Positions 1-12,966 of a DNA stretch of 64,000 nt are shown one piece after another. Both the position numbers and the translations under genes were made by a program. The first letter of the stretch is position 1; the number at the start of each line of letters is the position of its first letter. The stretch spans positions 113,710,001 to 113,774,000 of the forward strand of contig NC_045697.1 of the NCBI RefSeq assembly GCF_009834535.1. The letters are read 5' to 3'. The DNA is from Camelus ferus. Taxonomy: Eukaryota. Under the pieces are notes generated by a model. That model was given only the letters and a program-made list of their open reading frames with translations, was not told where the DNA came from and made no database searches.

Positions 1-48
1 GTGATTAAACTTTCCTTGCAGCCCACAGTGGTAAATGACAAGGAGAGT

Positions 49-70
49 GGGGGTGGGGTGGGGGTGGGGG
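49..70 (+). other. G-quadruplex-forming motif (G5-T-G4-T-G5-T-G5)
   Basis: Sequence gggggtggggtgggggtggggg: four G-runs of at least 4 separated by single-T loops. Confidence 0.75.
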
Positions 71-1029
71 CAAAAAACACAGGATATGTTTATTTTTAAT
101 CCCAGAAATTTAATTTTAAGGTATATTACTAAGTTCATGGATTTAAAATTTTGATTATTTTCTCCCAAGCTGTGCAGAGAGTAGTTAGCAAGTTACTCAT
201 TGCTTTTGGCTGCGTGGTAACAGATAGGCAAGAACCTAATTCACTGACCTATATAAGGGGTTCTTTTCTTAGGGAAAGAGTAACGACAGGGGAAAACAGC
301 TCAGGGACGGTACAGCCATCCTTCTCTGCCATTCTTAGCATATGATTGTTTCCCCTCACAGTTGTAATCTGCCTGATCCCCTTCTGGTCATCCCATCTGT
401 CCTCCAGGCAGGTAGCCGGGAAGAGGGCACATGAGGAGGACAGAGGATACTGAGAGAAGTCAGCCAAACTGCCCCCCCCTTAAACAGCTTGTCCAGATCC
501 TTCCTATCCAGTACGGGACTGCCTGCACATGAAAAGTACGGCCAGGGAGGAAACCCTTAAGGAATTTACCAATTAGTATTATTTAGTTTAGAATGGAAGG
601 AGGTTTTTGGTAAATTAATAACAGAAATGATGATCCTAAAATGTTCGGTACCTAGCTCTCTAGAACCTTTAAAAACCAAACATTTTAACTGGGTATGTTT
701 CTGCTCTGTAAATACCACCTTTCTTATCATAAAGAAAAAGAAAGAAAAGATTTTTGGAAGGCTAACAGCACTGTCTGTAAAACTCTTCTATTTTTGTGAT
801 GACCCCAAAGCATAGCTGTTAGTTCAGTATTATTAACACTCTAGTTTCAGTGTAAAAAATATTAAACACTATTAAAAATTCCAAATTCCATTTCCAAATT
901 CCAGTTCTGATAAATGTGGTTTTTAAAATATGTATAGTCTATAATCTAATGCTAAATCTTTGTCCATATATTTTCTTTTCAGATAGTGGGACATGTTTTT
1001 AACATGAAGAGAATAAATATTTCTGAAGT

Positions 1030-1250
1030 GAAACAGTTATGCATCAAGGGTGCCATCCCAGTGCAAGCCACAGCACCCACCGTCACTAGAGGTGGGAACC
1101 ACACCAACAGGTGCACTGGCTGTTAGAGCTTTTCCCCAGAAATCAGACCCTTCCCTGCTGCACACATTTTATTGTCTGAGACAAGTCACATAGTCATGCA
1201 AATCATCAAAGAAGATACAAAAACAGGTGTGGCCCTACCATAAAAAACTA
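1030..1250 (-). mobile_element. MLT1 (ERVL-MaLR) LTR fragment
   Basis: cacattttattgtctgagacaagtcacatagtc...ccctacca resembles the recalled antisense MLT1J/K consensus; boundaries approximate. Confidence 0.4.
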
Positions 1251-1730
1251 ACATACGTGCCTGCCTTTTTTAAGCCACTATACTAGGAACCCCAAGAGTG
1301 TCTACGAACGAACTTTATTACAAAGTTGGAAAGTGAAGAGTGCTATCCAAGGGTTACAGAAAAAAGGTTATGAAGCAATTAGAAAGTGCTTCGCTAATAA
1401 CCCTGCAATAAAGACTTGCTGTACAAAATAAACATGAATTCACCAATGGAGTCTAAGCATTTCTGGGCACGTAGAAGTAAAGCTCTTGGTACAAGGATGG
1501 CTAAGAGGCCTCATGAAGAATGCTTTATTCATTTGTTTGCCAATATTATTTTTTTTTGGTTTTTTATTTTATTTTGCTTTTTAGGATTTATATTTTTTAA
1601 TTATTTTAGGATTATTATATTTGGTGTTGGATTGGCTTTGGGGGTCTAGTCAAACGAAGAGAGAAGCAAGACCCCTAGTTCCATGGAAATTGTAGTCAAG
1701 TGGGGGTATAGTGTGACAACATACCACCAA

Positions 1731-1930
1731 GGGGATGAAGATGAAGATGAAGAGGATGTTGAAGATGAAGAGGAAGAGGAAGAAGAAGAAGAAGAGGAAA
1801 ATGAAGATGAAGATGAAGATGAAGAGGAAAAGGAAGGTGAAGATAAAGAAGAAGATGAAGATAAAGAAGAAGATGGAGGAGAAGAGGAAGATGAAGAAGA
1901 TGAAGAGGAAGGTAAAGATGTAGATGAAGG
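1731..1930 (+). repeat. Purine-rich (GAA/GAT/GAG) low-complexity trinucleotide tract
   Basis: ~200 bp of almost uninterrupted GAN triplets with no C on the + strand; produces the D/E-rich, K/M-rich and antisense L/H-rich ORFs in the track. Confidence 0.9.
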
Positions 1931-3479
1931 TCCACTATAGTTTTATAGTGAAAACAAAAGACAAATCCAGACCACTTCTGACCAGGGACAGGGCTTCCTC
2001 AGCAAGAAGAACCTGAAAGTCCGCATCACGACTCTCTGTGCCTCATTTATGTTTTAGTTCATGTGCACGCTAAGATGTGCAGCAATATCTACATGGTCTC
2101 ATTGCCTCGGACTTCAAAGGAAATTCTCAATTTGTTGTGACATCAAGGCTGGGATTAAAGTGCCCTGGAGAGAGTTATTTGTAATGGTCTAGGGAATTAT
2201 TCATGCTCATTATGACCACAGCAGGCAGAATTATGGAAGAAAACACTCATCCAATGTTAATTTTAAACTTTTACATATGGAGCTGTGTTACATATTTCAT
2301 GGGCACACATCGACATGTGTGTGAGGACATTAGGGCTAGTGAAGAAACATGTAAATAATTTGTAAAGGGGTTTTAATTGGTTTAGAATAGGAAATGGTTT
2401 TGAATAAATGATTAACAGGAACAATAACTTAAAAGTTTTAAGGAACTACTTGTCCTTCACCTACATTTAAGAAGGCAAATATGAAATGGCCTTAACATGA
2501 AACCATAAAGATTTAAGTGTATCCTATGTCAGAAATACCATCAGAGCATGGGACACACCATTGGAGAGCCAGTTGCAATTGGCAATGACAGGACTGTGCA
2601 AAATAAGCGTATTGAACAACTTAGGTGTTGGCTTGATATGCCGTGTCCAGAAGGTAGAGATATATATATATCAACTTAAGGAAGGAAGGCTGGTGGGAAA
2701 CATTTGGATTAAGGTTGAAATAAGAAAAGAAAGAGAACATCAAAAAATGCTGGCATTTAAATATAGCAGACACTAACGAGAAACACAAAGTCATTTGATG
2801 ATTTTCCATTGCCCATTAAACCATTTCAGAAGTAGGTTATGACTCCTAGACAGTAGATAGTTTCAAATTTACACATTTCTTGATTTGTATAAACTTCTAT
2901 CAGGAAGAGGATCAAAAGTGAAGAAAGCTAAGTGAGGACAGGAGAAATGACAGGATGCTTAGAAATTTAGAATATCCTTCTAAGTTGTCATATTAACAAT
3001 CATAAAAAAGAAAAGAATACTAAACATTTTAAACCATATGCCCAAGATTTAAGATTTAGGAAAGTTCATCAGGGTGAAGTGGGCATTACTCATTATAATC
3101 ATTAATTAAGTAACTTTCAGTAAAAATTACGAGGCAGAATTCATTTCATTAGAAGTCAGAATTTTCAGCTGCTATAATTTTCCATATTCAAACTGGTTCC
3201 TGAAAGATCATGAGCTAGATGTGTTTTTTAAACAGTTGTGGGAACTGGGCTAGATGACCTCAAAAGATTATTTTTATAACTGTACATTTTTAAGCAATAA
3301 TATATGTCTTATGCCATACGTTATTTAATAAATTAAGATAAGATTTACAAAGGACAGAAAAGTATAATAATTGCTGGAAAAGCTTTTTTTTTCAAATCTG
3401 TTATGAGCTACTACTGATTTTACACAATTAAATAATATTTTAAAAATTAAAGACAATGTTTTCAAAATTCCCACTGTTC

Positions 3480-3960
3480 TTCCATAAAACACATCTCGAT
3501 TCTTGTAATTTCTCCTCTACTGTTGCTACCACGTTCTCACCATCTTTCATTTATCAATTGCACTTGACATAATCCAATTGACTTCCATAGTTTAGCCAGG
3601 TTACATTATGACTCCAGAATGCAGTCAAAATCATATCACTACCTGGATTGAAAACTGTCGATAGCCTCCCAGTGGATTTGTGTATTTTACAAGCATTTGT
3701 ACAAAATCCTAAGTGGTATGTCCCTGACTAGCTTCTGTTATTTCGCACTGGCCTACTTCAGTTTCCTGTGTGAAACCAGTCCTTTCCTGTGGCCCAGACC
3801 CTCCTCTCTACCTCTAAAACCACTCTCCACCCCTTGTTACCTGGCAAATCTTTGTCATACAAATGTCCCAAAGAGGTACTTGTGAAACCCAATCTAAGGG
3901 ATCTGCTTCTTACATTTTCCCTCAGAAATCTGTTTTTCTTTTGGAAACATTTTACATTGT
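3480..3960 (+). mobile_element. L2 LINE 3' region fragment
   Basis: Typical L2 phrases, e.g. ctctactgttgctaccac, aatcatatcactacctggattgaaaactgtcgatagcctccca; heavily diverged. Confidence 0.5.
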
Positions 3961-4129
3961 AAAGTTACACGTTTATATATATTATTATTGTTCAATTAAA
4001 TAATCCATACGATAAGGATTTGGTTTAACGAGAACAGTGCTTCTATTTAATAAGTCTTTTCAAGTGATGATAGGACAGGGGTTTTGGCTCTGAAAGCACA
4101 GAATAGTTTTTATAAAAATGAATAATTAT

Positions 4130-4760
4130 AAACTATGGACAACATTTCAACGAGCACAATTTGAAGACAGTGGAGGGTGAACAAACTGGGGTGAATTTAC
4201 CTTCTGATGAAGGGTTCCACACTGTTAGGATTCCGTTGGTGTCCACAGCAAATAGAACTTGAACAGAAAGCCTCAGCTGCCCTGGAGATGGGGTCGGAGT
4301 TGAAGTTTGGGACTGACGCTGTATATGGAAATTGAGAGGGATCTGAAAAGGAGGGATAAACAGGACAGTCACCCAAAAACGATGCATAAACTCACCTTAA
4401 ACTTGAGTTGAGCACTGTCAGCAGGAGACTTCCAGGAGCCCAGGAAGGAACCTCAGGGAGGATGCTGAAAGGTAAGAGCCGACTTTTCAGCTGCTGCACA
4501 AGGCAGAGGACACCCTGTTCTAATTTGAATGCCACTAACTTAGACGGCATTGTTACAGAAGTTGGGCTTTGTAGGGACAAGGACTAAGGCGTTCACCCTG
4601 GGATTAAAGAGGCAAATGAAATAGACTTATCACAACAAAGTCCACAAGTTCAAGATCATCCATTACAATCTGGATACTTGCTAGAATAAAACTCAACACC
4701 TGTATAAAAAGGTAACAGAAATTGTCTTTACAATACATCTTCCACAATGTCCAGATTTGT
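4130..4760 (+). mobile_element. Ancient L1M 5'-region fragment (tentative)
   Basis: Purine-rich sequence ending ...aataaaactcaacacc...ttccacaatgtccag, like old L1M 5'UTR-ORF1 leaders. Confidence 0.35.
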
Positions 4761-4794
4761 ATTTATAATAAGTTCCCCAAAAGGTTTGATTACA

Positions 4795-5000
4795 CTACAG
4801 TAAAAATCAGGACTCCAGTTTCCCGGTGAGCGGGATTATTAACTAGAAATGGATATAAGAGAACTTGCGGTGATAATGATAATGATTATTATATTAATTT
4901 GGGTGTTGGTGACATGGGTATATTCATTTGTCCAAACTCATCAAGCATTACAGTTCATATCTGTGTATTCAATGTATGTAAATTATACCAAATGTGAATA
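4795..5000 (+). mobile_element. L1ME-type 3' end fragment
   Basis: gggtgttggtgacatgggtatattcatttgtccaaactcatcaag...atgtaaattatacc matches the recalled L1MC/L1ME 3'UTR terminus. Confidence 0.65.
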
Positions 5001-7418
5001 AATTCGTGAATAAAGTATCATTTCCTCTGGTTGGCAATTAATATGTAGAAATAATTTTACATATTTATTGCTCATAAATTAGAAAAATAACTAAAAATAT
5101 AATTCACACAACAGTAGCCAAGATTTCTTTGGTTCGTGTTTGTTTTTCTACTGTTACAGTATGTGTACATAGTTCTCCAATAATTCCAAATCCCAATTTA
5201 GCAGTTCTTTGCTTTAATACGTCTTCTAATTTAGAGCGATGTCACCATCTTCGCCCTTTGATTTGAGTGTAAGTGGCATGAAGGTGTGGCGGTATATACA
5301 TTATGGATCAGTAATTCAGTGATCATACCTCATGCCGCCTTCTGGATCAGTGAACCACTCAGCATCAATTTCACAATAAATCGCCTTCTGTTCTCTGCTT
5401 CATTTCTCACTCTCTGGGCCTCATTTCATAGACAGCAACAGTAGAAACTAAACCTATTCCAGCCTGACACACGTGAAACATACAGAACACATAAGTATGT
5501 CATTTTCAAAGGAGAACCCTCCACAGCTAACCTCCAGTTTAAAAAGGGAGGAAAAACATTCAATTCTCTCCTCATAACAGAAGCAGCAGGTGATTGTTCA
5601 GATCCAAGCAGACACCCTTCAAAATCAACCAGGCCCCTTTGATTTACTATTCTGCCTTTGATTGAGGAACTTTAGGGCTTGCCTTCTGTGAACAGGAATA
5701 CGGGTTTTGGCGTCTAAAGAGAAATCGGAGAAGCATGTCACACAATGGAATTTGTGTCTTTAATTGTACTTTGCAATTTCATATCAAATATCTAATAGAT
5801 ACGTAAGCTATTTTTGATAGTTTTGGTTTTGATGCAAAAAACTCTAAAGAATAAACTGTTTCATCATCCTCTCTGTCTCAGAAGTGCAGTAACATTATAT
5901 AAGTTCTTTTGATAAAGGTACAATGGCATGCATGCATTTATAAATCTTTTATTTTGACACAAATCTCGAGGGTAAGCATGAATGGTTTTAATTTCATGAC
6001 ATACTTGTTTTCCAGAATCAAAATGCATTTCGAAGCTCTTGGGTTTCACAATTGTGTCTTAGTTTTCTAGATTAAAGATGACTTATATCAAAGCTTTAAT
6101 TTTACAAGAAAGTGGAAACCATATCTCAGGGTGAAGTAAACTGCCAGCTCCCAGCTGGTTAAACAGAGTAAAATAGAGCTCAAATGGCATATTCCAATAG
6201 CATATGCCTTCGACTCTCAACACTGGAGCATTTTCTTGTGTGATTCTCTCTGCTTCAGGTTTTGATTTTCATATCATATGCTTTGAGCAAATCCAAGCCT
6301 TAGCGTAAATCTAGAACTAATTCACTCATGGGAGCTAACATTCTGACCCAGAACACATCTTCTCCGATGAAGGAGGGGGTGATTATACATGGTTTATGCT
6401 GCATGAAATTTAAACAGAGATGCATCTAGAAATGCTCCCTTACGGTTAGGAAAGCTGTTATTGTATTATTTGTTCAAAGATTCTTTTCTAATCAGAAAAC
6501 ATTTTTATTTTAATCCCTGTCTGAAGACCTTACTCTATCACCAGAGACATGGAGCTTTCAAACGACGGACTTTCATAGTTTTGGATACACTTAGCACGGG
6601 CTTTTACAAATGTTATTCACTTCACCTACACTCACCCCCATAATGGTATTCTCTGATTTTTTTTTATTGTTTTAATTATGATCAGGTAATTCTCCTATAT
6701 GAAGAGTATATTTATATTGTATATATATGTATGGGCATATATCTCAAATGAATAAATACTTGAGGCAAAATTGAGTTTATCTTTTTCTGTATCTTTACCA
6801 GTAGAGATGTTTGGGGACAATATTTCTGTCCCCAGAGAAGAATCAGGTCTCAATCTATGAGTCAGTGGACCCCCATAATTCAGTCCTAATCATTGGTGTT
6901 TTCCCTAGTATGACAAATATTTCTTGCCATTAGATAGGAGAGTATTTTATTCAATATTCAACAACTGGAGATTCAAGTTATTCTGTATTTTATTTTTCAA
7001 CTATATATATCATTGAATATTCTTTATTATTAATTTTTATGAGGCTATGTCTTATTAAATGCAATACCTACTTTGTTCTTTTTTTGTTCTTTTTTTCTCC
7101 ATTCTATGTAGGATGATCCTGCTTATTCCAAAAATCAAGAATCCCAAGTACCAGGAGGCACGATCTGAACAATCTTAGATTTTTCTTCAGAATATAAGGA
7201 AATGGGTTGAAAAAGCTGTGTGACATTTTCTAACATAAAGTGTGTTTTTTTTTTTTTTGAGTTAAGAAATTACTGTTTTTTCTGCATACTTTCTCTGACA
7301 TGGTATAGTATACAGAGATGTAGCTTCTGCTATGTTATGTATATACTGGCATTCATAGTTGTGACTCATTTTGAATGTTTAAAAAATTTTATTTAAAAAT
7401 GGGTGCTAGTAGCCACAA

Positions 7419-8206
7419 ACTCTTGGTTAATTTTACATCAATTAGTCTGGGCGATGGTGCCTGGAGGATTGGCCAAACACTACTCTAGATGTTTCTATGA
7501 AAGTATTTTTTGGGATGAGAGTAACATTTAAATTGATGGATTTGGATAACGCGGTCCTCATATGAGGTTAATCCTCATCCTATATGATGAAATCCTTAAT
7601 AAAACAAAGACTGACCTCCCTACAGAAAGAAGGAATCCTATCTGCAGACTGTCTTTGAACTCTGCAACTTTTCCCTGTGTCTCTAGCCTGCTGGCCTATA
7701 GTGCAAATTTTGGATTTACCAGGGCTTCATTATCCTACGATGTAATTTCTTAAAATCTCTCTCTCTCTTTCTAGCAATATATATAAAAAGTTAAAATGTA
7801 AAAATAACATATACAATGTAAAAGATAAAAATATATATAACATATGCAATATATAATAAAATATATAAAATATATAATTTTATAATTATCTAAAATAATT
7901 ATATGTATTTATATAATTATATCACTATATTATTATATAATAGCATAGCATTATAATTATATATTTAGATTATATATGTATTATATCTACATATTATATA
8001 TAATATATGATAACATGATGTTTCATATTATAATAATACTATTACAATATGATATAATAATATATGTGCATATTATATATACATATATGTTCATATGGTG
8101 TATATTTATATTATATATAACAATTACATATAATATAATCATATGTAAATAAACATAAATATATATATAAGTTGTTGACTCTGTTTCTCTGGAAAACCTT
8201 AACACA
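7419..8206 (+). mobile_element. MLT2 (ERV-L) solo LTR with internal AT-rich expansion
   Basis: Starts ...tggttaattttacatcaa; contains ggccaaacactactctagatgtttctatgaaagtattttt and aataaaacaaagactgacctccc; ends ctctgtttctctggaaaaccttaacaca (MLT2 terminus). Confidence 0.8.
7776..8170. repeat. AT-rich degenerate (TA)n low-complexity tract
   Basis: ~400 bp of almost only A/T built from tata/ataat units. Confidence 0.9.
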
Positions 8207-10015
8207 GAAAGTACTGTCAGTTTTATAATTAGTCATTAAAAAATGGATATGCAATATTAATACTTCTCTCAAAGCCAACTTTGCTAATCTTCATATTTTT
8301 AATAAGATGATTAACATCTCACACCAATAAGTATTACATTATTTTTATTTGAGCTATACATGTGACCTGCAACTTGATTTAAACGAAAAGGTTAAAGCCG
8401 ATACTAAAAACTAAGGTGTTTGTGTAGACTCCTGCTTGGTTCTTAAATGGCTTTGCTCCCTTCTTTTCCATTTCTCTCCACCTCAGATAAGAAAGGAGCT
8501 TTGCCTGTCACCCAGGGACTCAAGAAAAAGTGTTATTAGCAGGAGTTTTCTATGAGAAAATTGCACTGAGCCATGTGGGTTTTCCAGATTTCTCTGTATG
8601 ACATACAAATGGGGATTTTAGAAGGGTCGGGGGAAATCAACCCCTCACGCCCACAGTGGAGAATGTTTGAGACATCTAAGGGGCAGGGTCAAGACAGTAT
8701 TAATATCAGTGTTTCAGAGATGTCTTTAGATTTTGCTCTGACGATGTGAGGGAAACATGTGAAAACTGGAACTTATTTCACTGAGTTTTGAAGAAAACTT
8801 ATTATATACAGAGACTTTTGAAGGATTTAATGTAGCTATAGGGTGAAAAACCACCCAGTTTTATTTTGATAAGATAAAAAATGCAATATCTACTGCAATT
8901 AAAATTTTCAAGAGGGCCGCGTGCACAGCTAATAGCGCATCGAGCCTCCGGCATTTGCACAAGCAATTGCTTGCTTTGCCCAAGTCATCGTGTGCTGCCT
9001 TGCCATTGCTGTTAACCCCATTAACTGCCTGCTTGGCTGTTTCACTTTGTACAGATGTCACAGCAGCAATCAGCTCTTCTGCCCATTTCCCTCCGTAACT
9101 GTCCCATTTTATTCCTTTAATTCTGATTTACTGTTTTAGGACTATCGCATTTTGCCCAAGTCGTATTCCTCTATTTAGTTCATCATAATTGATTAGATAA
9201 ACACAGGTCGAATTGATTTTTTTTTTTCATATTTCTTGCTACTAACCCCCATATCTCCATGAGGCTTTATGCAACATCATTATTCAAAGATTGTTTCCCA
9301 TTCTGGATTCCCAAAGTAAGCCCACTAAATCAAAGAAATCCAGTATCAGAAGAGTCTTTAAGAGTATATCATTCATATTACTGGTCTGATACTCAGCACT
9401 GTCTATATAATTTGTGGAATTCAGTGCTAAGTGAAAAGGTGGAGTTTCTTGTCCAAAAAAATTAAGAATTTAAAGACAGTGACTGTGGAGTATTAAGCTA
9501 ATTCCTAGGACCTTGACAGACAGGCAGCCCTCCGCAGCTGGCCAGTGTATATGCAGAAAGCCAGACAGGATTCCTCCCATATCAACTTTACCAAGTGGTT
9601 ATTGGGTCTCTGTTTACCAACTTTCAGAGACAGAAAACTCACTGCTTCACAAAGCCAACCATCCTCATTCCGCAGTTGTGTCTGTTAGAAAGAAAGTTCT
9701 TCCTTATACTTTTAAAATAAGGGTTCAGGGGTATGATGACTCATCTCTACTTACTGATGTTTTTTAAATTATTGCTGTTCATTATTGCTTTTTCACATTT
9801 TCCCCTCACATCCAGTGTTTTATGATGTATCTTTGCTTAGGTAACTAGATATGTTGTTTTCAAGTGTCCAGCCTTACTGAAAATGTCAGTCTTACTGATA
9901 TCTTCACATTCATGTTTTTGGCCACTACTGAGATAAATCACATCAGTTTAGGCACTTAAAAATTACATTCAGTTTCCATGTTCTTGTTCATCATGCTATG
10001 TATACTTAGCATGAT

Positions 10016-10111
10016 CTGAAAAGACATGTGCAGCTCAATGTTTACTGCGACACTGTTCTCAATAACCAAGATATGGAAGCAACCTGTGTCCATGAATAAA
10101 GAAATATATCT

Positions 10112-10168
<57 letters not shown>

Positions 10169-10627
10169 GGAATATTACTCAGCCACAAAAAAGAATGAAA
10201 TATTGCCATTTGTGACAATATGGATGAACCTATTATGCAAAGTGAAATAGATCAGACAGAGAATGACAAATTCCACATTATTCCACTTGTATGTGGAATC
10301 TAAAAATCAAAACAAGCAAAGACAATAAAACAAAAGCATACTTATAGATATAGAGGAAAAAACTTGTGGTTGCCAGAGGGGAGGGGATGGGGAATTGGGC
10401 AAAATATGTGAAGGGGATTGAGAGGTACAAACTTCCAATTATGAACTAAATAAGTCACAGAGTTGCAATGTACATCACATGAAATATAGTCAGTTATATT
10501 GTGATAACTTTGTATGGTGACGGATGGTAAATAGACTTACCATGGTGATGTATAAAATATGCAATCAATATTTGGTAAACCTGAAATGAATGTAATATTG
10601 TAAGTCAATTTTATACTTCAATAAAAA
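10016..10627 (+). mobile_element. 5'-truncated LINE-1 (ORF2 C-terminus + 3'UTR), older L1MA-like, with internal (TCTATA)n(TA)n microsatellite
   Basis: atggaatattactcagccacaaaaaagaatgaaatattgccatttgtgacaatatggatgaacc; ends tatacttcaataaaaa; microsatellite at ~10105-10166. Confidence 0.85.
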
Positions 10628-11419
10628 TTGATTTTTAAAAATAATGAAAGTCTCTAAATTTTGTGATCACAAGGAGTAGAGTAAGCTAAGTGACTACTGA
10701 TGCTCACATACATACAAACTTGAGTGAAAATGTTTTTGTTCCATTTTTCAGAAACCCATTACTAAAAGAAAAGATATATGTATTTTTCTGATTGAAGGAT
10801 AATTTAAGTATATATTTTAAAGGCACTCGTGACCTACTGAGGCACCATCATATTTTTTTAAATGGTCATAGATAGTAACATTGAGAATTTGATACTGAAA
10901 TCACTGAATTCAAATAATTTTTACGTACTTCCACTTTCACGAGTTGTCATGGGAGATGTGGCTACAACTTTAGTTTTGAATCTTCTTTACCAAAAATAGA
11001 TATATATTTTACTTTATAATATTGCATTTTAATTAAAATATTACTTCAGTGTTATGATTTTGTATAATTTAAACTTACTAATTGAAAGTAATGTACTTTC
11101 CACCAATATATTCTAAGTATCAATTAATTTTAAACTTTCAAAAAATCTTTGCTACTATGGTTATCAGAATAATCAGTTTTGTACTATTTTGATAAGTCCT
11201 ATGTAGACCTTCAAATGGATTTATTTTTCTCATATTATATAATGACTGATCATATTCTGGCTTTTATAGTAGATAATTTACTTAAATTAAATATTTCAAT
11301 GCCAGATTTTGAAATGATAATTCATTATATTTTCTCATAGATTATAGGAAATATTTTGTCAGTTATAAATTAATAAATATGTAATTTTATTTCTTATAGT
11401 ATTTATATAGATATTATTG

Positions 11420-12200
11420 ATCCAACATTTATTGAGTTTTTTGTATGTTCCTGGGAGAGACTAAGTATTGAATATATATATATACACACACATATATTCT
11501 GATTTAAACATAAACAGATAGCAGAATATATGTTAGTGCTATTGAAGATAACTTACTGAAATTCTGCAGAAGCAAGAGTGGAACAACTTCCTGTCTGGGT
11601 AAGTCAAGGGGGAATGCAGAAGTGATACTTAAATTGAGCTTAAAAAAATGACTTTGACTGGAAGGAGATATGGAAGTTTGTATACACCAAGTGAAAGCAA
11701 CAGCATTAAATCTATTCATTTGCTCCATCAAGAAATAGTTACTGAGTATCAACCATATTCCAGGCACCCTGGAAGCAACGTGTTGCAACGAGGGCTGGCA
11801 TATGCAGAAAAGTCAAGGAAGATCATGTAGTAGGAGCAATGAAGTTGGGGGCTGGGTCTAAAAGGTGTTGGTTTAAGATGACAATGTGTAACAGGTTGAG
11901 GATAGATCTTGTCAAGGTATGGAATTTGGATTCTATATGGTATATAATAAAGTTCTTCAGCAGCTGGGTGGCATGGACCATTTTCCTTTTAGAAAGATAA
12001 CTAAGAGCTCTGTAGAGGGTAAACTAGAGTAAGGGACAAATGGGGTGTCAGTTAAGAAAGTTGATGAGGCGATCATTGTAATCATCCAGGGGAGAAATAT
12101 TGAGGATCCAGACATAGGTAGTGACAGGTGGATGCAGAGAGTAGGCTGAACTTGGAAGACACGTGTGAGGAAGGATTGACAGCATTTGGCAACAGAGCAT
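11420..12200 (-). mobile_element. L2 LINE fragment
   Basis: caacatttattgag (antisense L2 3' end); ttttagaaagataact...atcattgtaatcatccaggggagaaat. Confidence 0.65.
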
Positions 12201-12966
12201 TTTACTGCCAATCACAGTCAAAGTGCTTTATTGTGAGAAACCCCTAACATAAAACCATGTGCACTATCACCATGTATATGTGTTCTTGGTTTAGTAATTA
12301 TTTTGTTGTGTTTGATCACTTTTGTATAGCTCAAGATTGAAGAGAATGCGGATTGACAATATTGATAATGGAAATCAAAAGCATTAATTTATGCAAAACA
12401 GGAATTTCAGAATTTATGCAGAAATCAATTCTTTCAGTTTTCAAGAGGAGACTGAAGTCCAGAAACATACGTCCAGTGGCAAGCCCAGGTGTCCTGCTGT
12501 TGATTCAAGGTGTCAAAGTTTGGCTGAAGTCATTTCATCATATAATTTAAGTATATTCATATTTTTTTTGAGTAATCCTTATTCCTAATTTGTTAGCACC
12601 TGGAACCCAACACTTTCAATTGTTCTACATAATAGGCCTGTGGTAAATAGTTGATGAGTAAAGACATGCTTCAGAGAAAATCAAAGTAAATTCTGAGTGT
12701 CTCATTTCACTTTATTTTCTTTTACTCTACTGTTTTTGAGGGGCTGTAGGGATGTGATCAGTCCCCATTGCAGTATATTGTGAAAGAAACTGAATTATGC
12801 CATTCTTAGATTTTTATCTAAATTTCTTATTGCATTTTTTTTCCCCATAAAACCTTCAAAATCTCCTTCGTTTACTATGCATTTTTCTTTTAGGTGTTGA
12901 TTTATTTTGTTTCATTATTGTCTGTTTTTCAACTTTTGTTCAATAGGAGGGTAAAATCTAAGAATG

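Noticed and set aside
1696..1935. Antisense L/H-rich ORF and the overlapping K/M-rich ORF (1735..1923)
   Set aside because: Alternative frames of the GAA/GAT low-complexity tract, which cannot generate stops in those frames
7070..7200. Polypyrimidine-AG followed by DDPAYSKNQESQVPGGTI*
   Set aside because: No recognisable protein or partner exon, and T-rich tracts are abundant here
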